A stretch of DNA of 64,000 nt, taken from Anaerolineae bacterium. GTDB taxonomy: Bacteria; Chloroflexota; Anaerolineae; Anaerolineales; UBA4823. Positions 19,291 through 29,614 of the stretch are shown here, one piece after another. The stretch is from the NCBI GenBank assembly GCA_003130835.1, contig QEXX01000059.1:219-64218 (forward strand), in the 5' to 3' direction. The notes under the pieces were generated by a model, which worked only from the letters and a program-made list of their open reading frames with translations, ran no database searches and was not told the origin of the DNA. Within the stretch, counting starts at the first letter, position 1; every line of letters starts with the position of its first letter. The position numbers were made by a program, and so were the translations under genes.

Positions 19291-20250
19291 TCAATTCTGC
19301 CAGCGCGGCGGTGAAGTCGGGCGCGGGATTTGTCCATCCTCTGCGCTTGGCTTAACCAATGAGCGTCGCACCCGTTCTAGATCGGCTTCGTGCTTCAACA
19401 GCACACTCAAAGTAGTTTTCAAGGTCTGTTCATCTAGGGCACGCGCATTTAGAGCTACCAAGGCTTTCGCCCAATCGAGCGTTTCACTGATGGATGGATA
19501 TTTGCGTAAATCCATGCGTCGCAAACGTTGCACGAGTTCTACTGCTTGACGGGCAAGCTTCTGCGATAACTGCGGCGCTTTTAGTCGGACAACCGCCAAC
19601 TCCTGTTCCAGATTCGGATAATCGATGAAGAGATATAGACAGCGCCTCTTAAGGGCTTCGCTCAATTCACGCGTATTGTTGCTGGTCAGAATCACCAAAG
19701 GCTGATGAACCGCTTTGATCGTGCCAATTTCAGGGATGCTGACCTGAAAATCGCTCAAAATCTCAAGCAAGAAGGCTTCGAATTCAGCATCAGCGCGGTC
19801 AATTTCGTCTATCAGCAAGACAGTGGGGGTTTCGGAGATGATCGATTTCAGAAGAGGACGGGCAAGCAAAAAACGCATCGAAAAGAAAACATCTTCTTCT
19901 TCGGCAAGGCGGTCGGCTGCCTCACGCAAGGACTCGGCTTTGGTTAGCAGGTCTTGGAGTTTATCGCGCAGGAGTTGGGTATATAACATCTGTTTGGCAT
20001 ATTCCCATTCGTAAAGAGCTTTGGTTTCATCCAGCCCTTCATAACACTGCAAGCGGATGAGGGGGTACCCACTAGCCCCCGCCAAAGCTTTCGCTAACTC
20101 CGTTTTGCCAACCCCGGCCGGACCTTCGACCAGAACCGGCTTTTTGAGCGTGTAGCTGAGAAAAAGCACCGTGGCAATTTCATCGCTGGCAAGGTATTGT
20201 TGCGCCTGCAAAGCGGCTTGTAAGGATTGCGGTGATGTGAAAATGTCCAT
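19291..20250 (-). CDS. MoxR/CoxD-like AAA+ ATPase
   Basis: 319 aa. Walker A is LVEGPAGVGKTELAKALA and Walker B is VLLIDEIDRA. Its size and layout match the MoxR family. Confidence 0.85.
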   Translation of the reverse strand: MDIFTSPQSLQAALQAQQYLASDEIATVLFLSYTLKKPVLVEGPAGVGKTELAKALAGASGYPLIRLQCYEGLDETKALYEWEYAKQMLYTQLLRDKLQDLLTKAESLREAADRLAEEEDVFFSMRFLLARPLLKSIISETPTVLLIDEIDRADAEFEAFLLEILSDFQVSIPEIGTIKAVHQPLVILTSNNTRELSEALKRRCLYLFIDYPNLEQELAVVRLKAPQLSQKLARQAVELVQRLRRMDLRKYPSISETLDWAKALVALNARALDEQTLKTTLSVLLKHEADLERVRRSLVKPSAEDGQIPRPTSPPRWQN

Positions 20251-20479
20251 CGATCAGCCTTTCTTTGCGATCAAATATAACATAAATTAGAGGAGATTTG
20301 GTTAATTATGGGGGCGATTTTTTATGTTTTGAAGATCAACGGCAAAGACCATTCCGGAGATTAAGCCTCATCGTCACTAGCCAACATGACCCATCTAACA
20401 GTAAATAACTCCAAGGGTGCCCCTTAACCGAGACCGCGCATAGGTTTGTTAACCCAAAAACCGCTTAGAAGCAGCTTGG

Positions 20480-22096
20480 CTATGGCAAAAACCAATTTAG
20501 GATCAGAGGTAAATAGTTAATCAATCCAGATGGTTGCGGTCCAGGATAGGGACCAGGTTCTGTCGTTGGCGGAGGGTACGGAGGAACGACGGTGGTTGGT
20601 GGTGGAGTCGTTGGAGCAGGTGTGTTCGGCGGGGGTGTTGTCGCAGCCGGTGCGGTCGGGCTTGGGGAGGAGTTATAGACCAAATAATTGGCTCCCAAAC
20701 CGACATTCGAGACACCGTATTTGATTCGCATGTAACCACCTTCCCCCCAATAAGGTCCCCACGAATTTCTCAAAATCCACACCCCTTGCGAATCATCCCA
20801 CCCAACCAACACAATGCCATGGTTGACCAATGAGCTACCGCAAACTGTTTTCTCGTCCGTTGCAAAGACCCCACCCCGATAATATTCAAAAGCGGAGCCA
20901 GCGCAAACCGCGGCTGCAACCGGTCCGTAGGTATAAATCGCCTGTTTGATCGCCGCAGGTGAAGGAATACTGTCATAGGTACTGATGTAATGCCAAGAAA
21001 GGGCACGGTAAGGATGGGAGTAAGGGCCATTACAAGGGAGATCAGCAGCTTGATAGCGGAAAGAGCTTTCCAGCACCGCTCCGGCTTGGCTTTCACTCGG
21101 AGGAATTTTCCAAATATGGTAATCATGGGCAAACCAACCGCCATCACAACCCCAATTATTCGTATTGCAAGAGACCAGATATTGCTCTGAGAGATCTTGA
21201 CTGTTGTTATCGGCAATTAGAAGTTTGGACTCAAGGACTCCAACGGTCGAAAAGGCCCAACAGCTCCCACAATTACCCTGATTACGCACCGGGGTGCATT
21301 TCCCTAAACTACACCAGTTAAACGCAGTAGGAAGCTCTTGGGCAGCAGCGATTTGCTCGGGTATCGGCGTACTCACCTTCGGAAAACCATCCACGGGATT
21401 GGCACTGTCCATCGCAGTGCTTGGGACGTGCAGACTGAGGCTCTGAGCTAAATCGCTTAGCCAGACTTGCTCCGCCTGTACCCTATACACGATCCCTGCA
21501 GAAGATTCGGTCTCCCAAGGACGGTGATAGCGTAAGCTAATTGTGGCTATTGTTGAACGAAGGGCTCGCAATGAGATGCTCTGAGCAGCCATGCCACCGA
21601 TGCGGGGAATCATTTGGCGCATCTGAATTTGCTCTCTCGTGATGGTTGTATTCGCCACCCCGCCTTCCACTTCCCACAAATAGCCCGTGGAAGGGTTACT
21701 GGGCAGAACCAGTTGAAAGGTTTGTCCCGCCTGAACCCGCCCCTTGAGTTCGAGGGTCATCTCGCCGGCCAAAGTGCTGAGCCCGCAAGGGCTCTCCAAG
21801 AGGAAGGCTCGCAAATCAGCCATCGAGGTTCCGGAGAAGATTTTCTCTGGCGCAGACAGAGAACTGGTTTGCTTCGTGCGCTGGATACCTTGCCAAGCGC
21901 CATCTGCTTGAAGATCAAACGAGAATTCGGTTTGCCCTTGCGAGAGAAAGTAACAGCTTTGTGGGGAAGGCGTGAAAACCCATTGACCGAACGCTGCTCG
22001 AGCAGGGGCACGGAACACCCCGAAGGACAAGCTCAAGATACTGCCAATAAGAAATAAGGTTGAAAAAAAGAGTTGATGAAGGCGGGAAATCTTCAT
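20480..22096 (-). CDS. Secreted papain-family (C1A) cysteine protease with an N-terminal chagasin-like I42 inhibitor domain and a Pro/Thr-rich tail
   Basis: I start at Met28 of the ORF (MKISRLHQLFFSTLFLIGSILSL, a signal peptide). The I42 motifs are NPSTGYLW, GGMAAQ and YHRPWE. The C1 catalytic triad context is NQGNCGSCWAFS, VNHGIVLVGWD and LRNSWGPYWGEGGY. Confidence 0.85.
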   Translation of the reverse strand: MKISRLHQLFFSTLFLIGSILSLSFGVFRAPARAAFGQWVFTPSPQSCYFLSQGQTEFSFDLQADGAWQGIQRTKQTSSLSAPEKIFSGTSMADLRAFLLESPCGLSTLAGEMTLELKGRVQAGQTFQLVLPSNPSTGYLWEVEGGVANTTITREQIQMRQMIPRIGGMAAQSISLRALRSTIATISLRYHRPWETESSAGIVYRVQAEQVWLSDLAQSLSLHVPSTAMDSANPVDGFPKVSTPIPEQIAAAQELPTAFNWCSLGKCTPVRNQGNCGSCWAFSTVGVLESKLLIADNNSQDLSEQYLVSCNTNNWGCDGGWFAHDYHIWKIPPSESQAGAVLESSFRYQAADLPCNGPYSHPYRALSWHYISTYDSIPSPAAIKQAIYTYGPVAAAVCAGSAFEYYRGGVFATDEKTVCGSSLVNHGIVLVGWDDSQGVWILRNSWGPYWGEGGYMRIKYGVSNVGLGANYLVYNSSPSPTAPAATTPPPNTPAPTTPPPTTVVPPYPPPTTEPGPYPGPQPSGLINYLPLILNWFLP

Positions 22097-22641
22097 AGGG
22101 ACTCTTGAGGAAACTTCAAAAAACTGCTTCGTAAAGGATTGATGATTCAGACACATTTTAGCACATGAAGGAATCACTACAACTTAACAATTTTGCAAGA
22201 AACAAAATTGATGCAAATTTATATGATATTCAGTGGAGAACACACCTTAACCCCCTTGTCCACAAGCTTAAATCTTAGACTAGTTAGGGTTCACCTGAAC
22301 CATTCACTAGGGTTCAAAGAAAACCTCTACAGCAGGAAGTTCATCCATCACCCTCGAGCTGGATTGTTCAGCATCAAAAGCATCCAAAGATTGAAGGTCA
22401 CACCCAAGAACCTTTTCGACCAATCGGTGAGTTTGCCCATCCTTTGGAATAGTACGGTTTCCATAAAGGATTGTGCTTTTAGTTGTCAGAAAGCCAGTTT
22501 CACACGGCATATTCTCACAAGGTATAATCTACTTAATGCCCCTCCTGATTGGTTCCATGATTGCACTACGAAAATGTCAAGTACAACCTCGTTTGGGAAC
22601 TGTTGAGCCTTTCAGGACGTCTTGAGCGAAAAGGAGTTCTC

Positions 22642-25600
22642 ATGGAAACAAGTTGGAACTTTTCCCGCCATTTTTCAAGACGGTTAGGGTTCGTGTTTGT
22701 CTTGATCCTAGCTGCTTTTGCCTGTTCATTACCTCGCTTGAGCGTTACGGAAACCCCTTTCTCTTCCCGACCAACCGAGACTCCATTTCCAACTCCTACC
22801 CCGCGGCCTCTCCCACCGGCATTGGTTGAAACGTTCCCTCTACAGGGCGAGAAACTCGCTCTAGATGGCGAAATTAAGCTCTATTTTAATCAAGCGATGG
22901 AAAAAGCTTCTGTCGAAGCAGCCCTGTCTAGCGATCCATCCATCCCAACTGAAATTAAGTGGGAAAAAGACACTGTCCTTGTCCTTCGCCCACTGCAGGC
23001 ACTTCAACCCGAACAAAAGCTGCGTTTATCCATCGCCGAAACCGCCAAAGCTCAAAACGGACTTAGCCTACCCGAAGCAATCACCTTGCAATATGAGACA
23101 GCTTCCTTCTTGCGTGTCACACAACAAATTCCTGAAAACAACTCGCAAGCGGTGCGCGCTGATGCGGCAATTGTGGCAACGTTCAACCAGCCAGTGGCCG
23201 CTTTAGGAAGGGAAGCCAGCGCAGCGCCAGCGTTTACCGTCCTGAGCGAGGATGGGCAACGAATCGATGGAGTTGGTGAGTGGCTCAACACCAGCACTTA
23301 TCTCTTTCGCCCCCAACCCGCCTGGGTTGGCGGCAAACGGTATCGGGTCCTATTTGACCCCAATTTAAAGAGTCTAAATGGCTCACCGCTGCAGATGCCC
23401 ACCGAAGAGTGGACCTTTTCGGTTGCCCTGCCACAGATCATCGATCTTCAGCCTGCTGATGAAGCCAGCAACGTCCGTCTGGATAGCAAAATCACCCTCA
23501 CTTTCAACCAGCCGATGGACAAGGCAAGTGTCGAGAGGAATTTCTCCTTGTTGGATGGCGCTGGGAAAACCGTGGAAGGTAAATTCAAATGGAATGAAGA
23601 GGCTACTCAGCTCACGTTCATCCCCGCCAAATTGCTCCAACGCAGCCAATCCTATACGGTTCTAGTGGGTGGGGAATCACAGGCAATTGGAGGGGTAGCC
23701 TTGCAACAAGCTAGCCAGGTAAATTGGCAAACGCTGCCTGCATTCGACCTCGTCTATACCCAACCGACCGATCAAGGCGAAAAACCGCCTTATGAGGCGG
23801 TCTGGTTTTACTTTAGCAGCCCTTTAGAAGGAAAAGGGTTAGAAAAATACTTTCGCGTCTCGCCGTCGGTCAGCAATCTCTCAGTCTGGTGGGATGACCA
23901 AGTTTGGGCGGCTGGTCTAACAGCCAATTTTGATCCTAGTCAAACCTACACAATCGAGGTAGCCTCTGATTTACCAGATCTCTACGGTGCTGTGCTTGGT
24001 CGTTCGGCAACCTTGACCTTCCGTACTGCCCCTTTGCCGCCTAATTTGACCCTCAACTTGCCTAATAACATACTGTATCTCACCAGCCAAGAAACAACCC
24101 TCCCAGCCCAAGCAGTTAACCTTCCGCGCCTGCGATTAGCTGGTGGCAGTCTGTCTCTGGATGAGTTCCAGCGCATGCAAGCCCCAGATAACTATCCGTT
24201 TTTTCGTGACTTTCGGGCCGCCGACCATCAAACTTGGGAACAAGCCTTTGAGCTGGCAACCAACAAAAACCAACGGGTTGAAATTGGGCTGCAGGCAAAC
24301 GGTCAACCGCTCTCCCCTGGCTTGTATTACTTGGATATCGAACTGCCTTTTGAACCACCGGTTCTCAATCGAGCCTTAATCGTAGTCAGCGATGTCCATC
24401 TCACTTTCAAGCTTTCCCCTCAGGAGGCTTTGGTCTGGGCAGTAGAAAACGAAAATCTCTCGCCTTTGGTCAACGCTCCAGTCGCCATTTATGACCAAGA
24501 TGGGACGATCTTAGCGCAGGGCAAAACCGACCAGCAAGGGCTTTTCCGCAAAACGATTCCAACGATCACGGATGCATGGCGAAACTTCTATGCCGTTGTC
24601 TACCAACCCGGTCATCCCCAATTTGGTTTAGCCATGCCAAATTGGAATGCCGGCGTGGATAACTGGGAATTCGATATTCCCTTCCAATTTTCTCCGCCCG
24701 CTCTAAAAGTCTATCTCTATACCGATCGCCCGATCTACCGACCTGGGCAAACGGTTTATCTGCGCGCCGTTGCCCGCCAAGCCTTCAACGCGCGTTACTC
24801 CCTGCCAGAGGTAGCTTCTCTCCCCTTGCGCATCCTCAACCCCGATGGGCAGGAAATTTCCACGTTATCCCTGCCGCTTTCCGATTTTGGCACTGCAAGT
24901 GGCGAATTCCGGTTACCTGAAGATGCCCAGCCTGGCACCTATTCGATCGACGCGCCGCTAGCCGAGTACCAAGCCGTGTATTTCGAGGTGGCTGCCTACC
25001 GTAAACCTCAAATTGAGTTGAACTTCTCCGTCGAACAGGATCACCTGCTTGCAGGGGAGAATCTCAAAGTGCACCTTACTGCGCGCTATTTCTTTGATGC
25101 CCCGGCTGCAAATCTTCCCGTCCATTGGGCATTGTATTGGCAACCAGAAGCTGAGCAATTAACAGGATATTCCACCACGCAAGCCGAAAACGCCTGGTTT
25201 GATCGGATGGTTAACCCTCAAACACTGACCCTTTTGGGTCTATTCACCAACTTGGTCGCCGAAGGGGATACCCAAACTGATTCAGACGGCAGTGTGGAAC
25301 TGTCTATCCCCACCGAAAAAGTCCCCCAAGCTAGACGTTATCTCTTGGAAGTGACTGCAGTTGACGAAAGCGGACTACCGGTCAGCGCCCGAACGAGTGT
25401 CTTTGCCCATCCAGCGCCGATCATCATCGGTATCAAACCGGATGTCTGGTATGGCAGGGTTAACATCCCCATTGAAGCAGAGGTATTGGTTGCCGATTGG
25501 AAAGGACAGCCATTGGGGAGCAAAGCTCTGCGCGCCGAATTTGCCGCCATTCGCTGGATACGCGATGAAACTCAAAGCGATCCCTTTGGGTTGCCGATCT

Positions 25601-28545
25601 ATGTACCCCAGACTGAAGTGCTTGGCAGCGCTGACTTGGTCAGCAGTGCCAATGGTTTAGCGCGGCTTGCCTTCACACCTGATCAAGCTGGCACCTATCT
25701 CCTGTCGGTTGCCGGTGAAGGGGCGCGCAGTAGCGTGATTATCTGGGTCGCTGGAAGCGGAGAAGCCATTTACCCATCTTTCCCTAACCAACGGCTGTAT
25801 TTGGTGACCGACCGCGAAACCTATACTCTCGGCGAGACAGCAAAAATCTTTATCCCCAATCCTTTCGCTAGTGCAGCAACAGCTTTGATTTCGTTTGAGC
25901 GCGGCGCGATGATGGGCACTGAAATCCGCCAAATCCCCGCTGGTGGTGCTGAGATTGAACATCGCCTATCCGCCGACGATATCCCCAATGTCTATGTTAG
26001 CCTTACCCTCTTAGGGAAGACAGAAAATGGCCAAGTTGACTTCCGACAAGGGTATGCCAAACTGCGGGTCACTCCTAAAGAGCAGACCCTGCAGGTGAGC
26101 GCCACTTTGCAACCCCAACGCGCCGGCCCTGGCGAGGAAGTAACCCTCGAACTCCAGGTTCGCGATGCTGGTGGACAAGCTGTGCAAGGTGAATTCTCGG
26201 TTGCCGTGGTCGATAAAGCGATCTTCTCCTTAGCAGAACCCAATGTTTCTCCGATTCTCACTGCTTTTTACGGCGATCAACCATTAGGGGTGAGAACTGG
26301 CCTTGATTTAGCCGTTGCAGCTTGGCGGATGGTTGAGTTGCCTGGTGGTTTAGGGGGCGGAGGTGGAGAGATGCCTACTAGCGTTGTGCGCCAACGCTTT
26401 CCTGATACAGCCTATTGGAACGGGAGCGTAGTCACCGACCTAGCAGGAAAAGCCACCGTAAAATTGAGACTGCCGGACAATGTGACTACCTGGAAAATCC
26501 TTATCCGCGGCCTAGATCAGGAGACCCGCGTCGGGGAAACGGAGGTTGAGCTTGTTGCTACTAAACCGCTCTTAATTCAACCGGTGACCCCCCGCGTTTG
26601 GATAGCCGGAGATCATCTTCTCTTGGCAGCAGTTCTGCAGAACAACACCCCTCAGAGTTTAGATACACAGGTTTCGCTCCAAAGCACCGCTTTTGTCCTC
26701 GATGAAGGGCAAAACCCAACTCGGATGGTAACCGTACCCGCCAACGGCCGCGCCCGCGTGGAATGGTGGGGTAAGGTTGCCGCCCAAAGGACACTGGATA
26801 TCCTGATCTCTGCCCAAGCCGCAGATTTGACCGATCAGGTGCGCATTGGCGGCAGCCAAACCGAGATTCAACAAGCAACCGCTAAGCAGACATTCAGCAA
26901 TGTCGGAATGCTGGATATCGCCGCTTCCCGCCTGGAAGTGATCAGTTTGCCGCAATCTGTTTCCCCTCAAGGCGGCAGCCTACGGATTGAGTTCAATCCC
27001 TCCCTGGCTGGACTGCTCTACAACGGAATTAAGGCTTTCAAAGCGGTGGACAGTCAAAGCACAGAGGCGCTTCTTTCGAATCTGCTGCCTAATTTGGCTG
27101 TCTATCGCTTGTTGAAAGGCACAAACGTCAGCACAGCCATCGACCAAAACGAACTCCAACAATCCGTTCAAGCAGCTATTGCCCAATTGGTTGCCCGCCA
27201 GCGGTTGGAGGGCAGCTGGAGTTGGTGGGAGACTGGCAATGGGGAGCCCTTGATCACCGCTTATGTGCTGTTCGGATTGACCCAAGCTCAGCAAGAAGGC
27301 TTCTCCGTCTCCCAAGAATCACTGGAGCGCGCCAAACAATACTTGCTATCCAGCCTGATTCAACCTGCTCAAACCTCGGATGGCGCCGCTTTAGATCGCT
27401 TGGCGTTTATCCACTTTGCCCTCGCCCAAAGCGGCGTTGCTGATCAGGGGGCGTTAGGACAACTTTTTGAACGCCGTGCGCAGCTCAACCCCTGGGCAGA
27501 AGCTTTATTGGCATGGGCATTCGAGGCGGTATCACCGGGCAGTGAACAAGCTCAAACCCTGCGTGCCGACTTGGAGGGGCAAGCCCTGCGCAGCGCAAGC
27601 GGGGCAGCCTGGCAGGAAGAAAGCCAAAGCTGGCGCATGGCATCCTACCAATTGACGGTTACAGCAATGACTTTATACGCCCTCGCCAGTTACGACGCCT
27701 CCACACCGTTGGTGGCAGATGCTACTCGCTACTTAATCACCCATCAACAACCAAACGGTGGTTGGGGTTCAAGCTTTAGCACCGCTTGGGCTTATCTCGC
27801 TCTGTACGAAGTACTGAAAGCCAACCAGGAGCCACAAAGCAACTACACCTTTAGCGCCTCGATCAACGGTGCGCCATTGGTGAGTGGCTCGGCTGACAAA
27901 AACTGGATGAATTCCGTGATCGGTGAAATCCCCTTAGAACGATTGTACCGCCAGGCACCCAATGCACTTGAAATTCAGCGTCAATCTGGGCCGGGCATCC
28001 TCTATTACCGCGCACTCCTGCAGGCTTTTGTGCCCATTGAAGAGTTACAACCCATCCAACGCGGTTTCTCCGTCTCGCGCGCCTATCGGGTTTTGGGAGA
28101 TAATTGCGGTTTGAAAAGCTGTCCCATCCTCACCGCCGCTAAGGCTGGAACACGCATCGAAGCCCGTCTAACTCTTACGGTCGAAAAAGACGCCTATTAC
28201 GTGATGGTCAAGGACTATATCCCGGCCGGTAGCGAAATCCTTGACACTCGCCTGCTAACCACGCAATTGGGGCTCAATGAGGCAGAACAAACCGACCCAG
28301 AAATCGACCCTACTCAGCCCTTCAAAGAAGGGTGGGACAGGCAACGCTTCAGCCAGCCGCTCATCTATGATGATCATCTCATCTGGTCAGCGGAATATCT
28401 ACCAGCCGGCACGTACGAACTGCGCTATATCATAACCTTGCTTCAACCCGGCGAATACCAACTGCGCCCGGCAGAGGCATGGGAGCTTTACTTCCCTGAA
28501 GTGCAAGGCAGCAGTGCTGCGGGGTTGTTCACCATCCTTCCGTAA
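22642..28545 (+). CDS. Bacterial alpha-2-macroglobulin-family protein (large, N-terminally anchored, thioester-less)
   Basis: I start at ATG 22642, with AAGGAG 6 nt upstream (METSWNFSRHFSRRLGFVFVLILAAFAC). It has repeated Ig-like/MG domains, a bait and TED-like region, and a C-terminal receptor-like domain. STEA (27058-27069) occupies the position of the CxEQ thioester. Confidence 0.8.
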   Translation: METSWNFSRHFSRRLGFVFVLILAAFACSLPRLSVTETPFSSRPTETPFPTPTPRPLPPALVETFPLQGEKLALDGEIKLYFNQAMEKASVEAALSSDPSIPTEIKWEKDTVLVLRPLQALQPEQKLRLSIAETAKAQNGLSLPEAITLQYETASFLRVTQQIPENNSQAVRADAAIVATFNQPVAALGREASAAPAFTVLSEDGQRIDGVGEWLNTSTYLFRPQPAWVGGKRYRVLFDPNLKSLNGSPLQMPTEEWTFSVALPQIIDLQPADEASNVRLDSKITLTFNQPMDKASVERNFSLLDGAGKTVEGKFKWNEEATQLTFIPAKLLQRSQSYTVLVGGESQAIGGVALQQASQVNWQTLPAFDLVYTQPTDQGEKPPYEAVWFYFSSPLEGKGLEKYFRVSPSVSNLSVWWDDQVWAAGLTANFDPSQTYTIEVASDLPDLYGAVLGRSATLTFRTAPLPPNLTLNLPNNILYLTSQETTLPAQAVNLPRLRLAGGSLSLDEFQRMQAPDNYPFFRDFRAADHQTWEQAFELATNKNQRVEIGLQANGQPLSPGLYYLDIELPFEPPVLNRALIVVSDVHLTFKLSPQEALVWAVENENLSPLVNAPVAIYDQDGTILAQGKTDQQGLFRKTIPTITDAWRNFYAVVYQPGHPQFGLAMPNWNAGVDNWEFDIPFQFSPPALKVYLYTDRPIYRPGQTVYLRAVARQAFNARYSLPEVASLPLRILNPDGQEISTLSLPLSDFGTASGEFRLPEDAQPGTYSIDAPLAEYQAVYFEVAAYRKPQIELNFSVEQDHLLAGENLKVHLTARYFFDAPAANLPVHWALYWQPEAEQLTGYSTTQAENAWFDRMVNPQTLTLLGLFTNLVAEGDTQTDSDGSVELSIPTEKVPQARRYLLEVTAVDESGLPVSARTSVFAHPAPIIIGIKPDVWYGRVNIPIEAEVLVADWKGQPLGSKALRAEFAAIRWIRDETQSDPFGLPIYVPQTEVLGSADLVSSANGLARLAFTPDQAGTYLLSVAGEGARSSVIIWVAGSGEAIYPSFPNQRLYLVTDRETYTLGETAKIFIPNPFASAATALISFERGAMMGTEIRQIPAGGAEIEHRLSADDIPNVYVSLTLLGKTENGQVDFRQGYAKLRVTPKEQTLQVSATLQPQRAGPGEEVTLELQVRDAGGQAVQGEFSVAVVDKAIFSLAEPNVSPILTAFYGDQPLGVRTGLDLAVAAWRMVELPGGLGGGGGEMPTSVVRQRFPDTAYWNGSVVTDLAGKATVKLRLPDNVTTWKILIRGLDQETRVGETEVELVATKPLLIQPVTPRVWIAGDHLLLAAVLQNNTPQSLDTQVSLQSTAFVLDEGQNPTRMVTVPANGRARVEWWGKVAAQRTLDILISAQAADLTDQVRIGGSQTEIQQATAKQTFSNVGMLDIAASRLEVISLPQSVSPQGGSLRIEFNPSLAGLLYNGIKAFKAVDSQSTEALLSNLLPNLAVYRLLKGTNVSTAIDQNELQQSVQAAIAQLVARQRLEGSWSWWETGNGEPLITAYVLFGLTQAQQEGFSVSQESLERAKQYLLSSLIQPAQTSDGAALDRLAFIHFALAQSGVADQGALGQLFERRAQLNPWAEALLAWAFEAVSPGSEQAQTLRADLEGQALRSASGAAWQEESQSWRMASYQLTVTAMTLYALASYDASTPLVADATRYLITHQQPNGGWGSSFSTAWAYLALYEVLKANQEPQSNYTFSASINGAPLVSGSADKNWMNSVIGEIPLERLYRQAPNALEIQRQSGPGILYYRALLQAFVPIEELQPIQRGFSVSRAYRVLGDNCGLKSCPILTAAKAGTRIEARLTLTVEKDAYYVMVKDYIPAGSEILDTRLLTTQLGLNEAEQTDPEIDPTQPFKEGWDRQRFSQPLIYDDHLIWSAEYLPAGTYELRYIITLLQPGEYQLRPAEAWELYFPEVQGSSAAGLFTILP

Positions 28546-28609
28546 CTGCAGGGCAGAAGGACTCTTGCGTCCACCTGCTCGATCGTGACACGGTACTCAA
28601 GTTCCCATG

Positions 28610-29614
28610 TCACCCGCTGATCCTTCGACCAAGCAGATCGAGTTGGTGGACGATCAAACTTAATTGCCCTTGATCGATTTGACGGTGGCGCTGTTCTAAC
28701 CAATAACGAAATTTTGTCGCCTCAATTTCGCTGCGCTCACTTAGGGATTCCTCTACCATTTGGAGCAAAAAGCGCAAAAACCGATCCTCGCCTGAAGGAT
28801 ACTTTCCCTGGACGGCATGAATTACCCAATCGGACGCGCCAGCCCGCAACAAATCCCCTCCTGCTTGGTGAAGGACACGCATCAAGCGTCGACCGCTATA
28901 GGCTCCAGCCGAAGGTTGATTGCCAGCCAGCCGCTCCTCCATCGTCCGATGATAGAGGCAGATAATTTGTTCATCCAGGGACTCTTCCAATGGTGGTTCA
29001 AAGACGGTCAGACCATCGAAATTGAGGGTAAAGTAAAACAGCCCCTCATTTCGAAGGCCTTTCAGGAGAAGCGGAAGCGTTGTCTCCAAGTGAACGAGGT
29101 CCAGGAAAGCATGCGCAATCACCAGATCAAACTGCTCAAAGCGCTCCTTGGCGCTGAGCCACTGTTGTGCTTCTTGAGCCACGAACTGTATCTGAATCTC
29201 GTGAGAGGCATCGGAAATCGAAAGCCCTGATTTGTCAGCCTGTACGCCTAAGCCATTGTGCGTTGCCCAATGACCCAAACGATTGCTTGCTTCAGACAAA
29301 AATGTTGGTGAAGCATCCAACGCAATGTAGCAGGCGAAGTGAAGAAAATCCCACTCGATCAGGCGTTGAATCATACTACCAATGCCTGCACCAAGTTCAA
29401 GAACCTGCCAAGGGTGATCACGCGTTGCCTTCGGCATGGTTGCAACCAGAGCATGCCATACACTTGAATTCAGCGAACGGTCGTCGATGGCTTTTTTTAC
29501 ATCCAAATATTCAATAAACGAGGTTTCATCCAAGGTCTTAATCCCGATCGAGAAGAGATAGTAAAAAGCTGCGGACTTTCGCTGCGCTTTCCGCCCACGT
29601 AGGATGGGCTTCAA
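28610..29614 (-). CDS. Class I SAM-dependent methyltransferase
   Basis: 334 aa. VLELGAGIGSM is motif I. The start is uncertain: ATG 29614 overlaps the upstream GT gene by 77 nt, whereas an in-frame TTG at 29533 lies 4 nt after that gene's stop. Confidence 0.7.
   Translation of the reverse strand: MKPILRGRKAQRKSAAFYYLFSIGIKTLDETSFIEYLDVKKAIDDRSLNSSVWHALVATMPKATRDHPWQVLELGAGIGSMIQRLIEWDFLHFACYIALDASPTFLSEASNRLGHWATHNGLGVQADKSGLSISDASHEIQIQFVAQEAQQWLSAKERFEQFDLVIAHAFLDLVHLETTLPLLLKGLRNEGLFYFTLNFDGLTVFEPPLEESLDEQIICLYHRTMEERLAGNQPSAGAYSGRRLMRVLHQAGGDLLRAGASDWVIHAVQGKYPSGEDRFLRFLLQMVEESLSERSEIEATKFRYWLEQRHRQIDQGQLSLIVHQLDLLGRRISG

Noticed and set aside
22193-22606. 137-aa plus-strand ORF in the protease/A2M divergent intergenic region
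   Set aside because: It has no RBS and no recognisable motif, and its composition is AT-rich and typical of a promoter region. It would also overlap the better-supported A2M 5' region. I treated it as non-coding.
28546-28609. Expected terminator between the convergent A2M and methyltransferase genes
   Set aside because: No convincing GC hairpin with a T-run was found in the 64-nt gap, so no terminator is reported.
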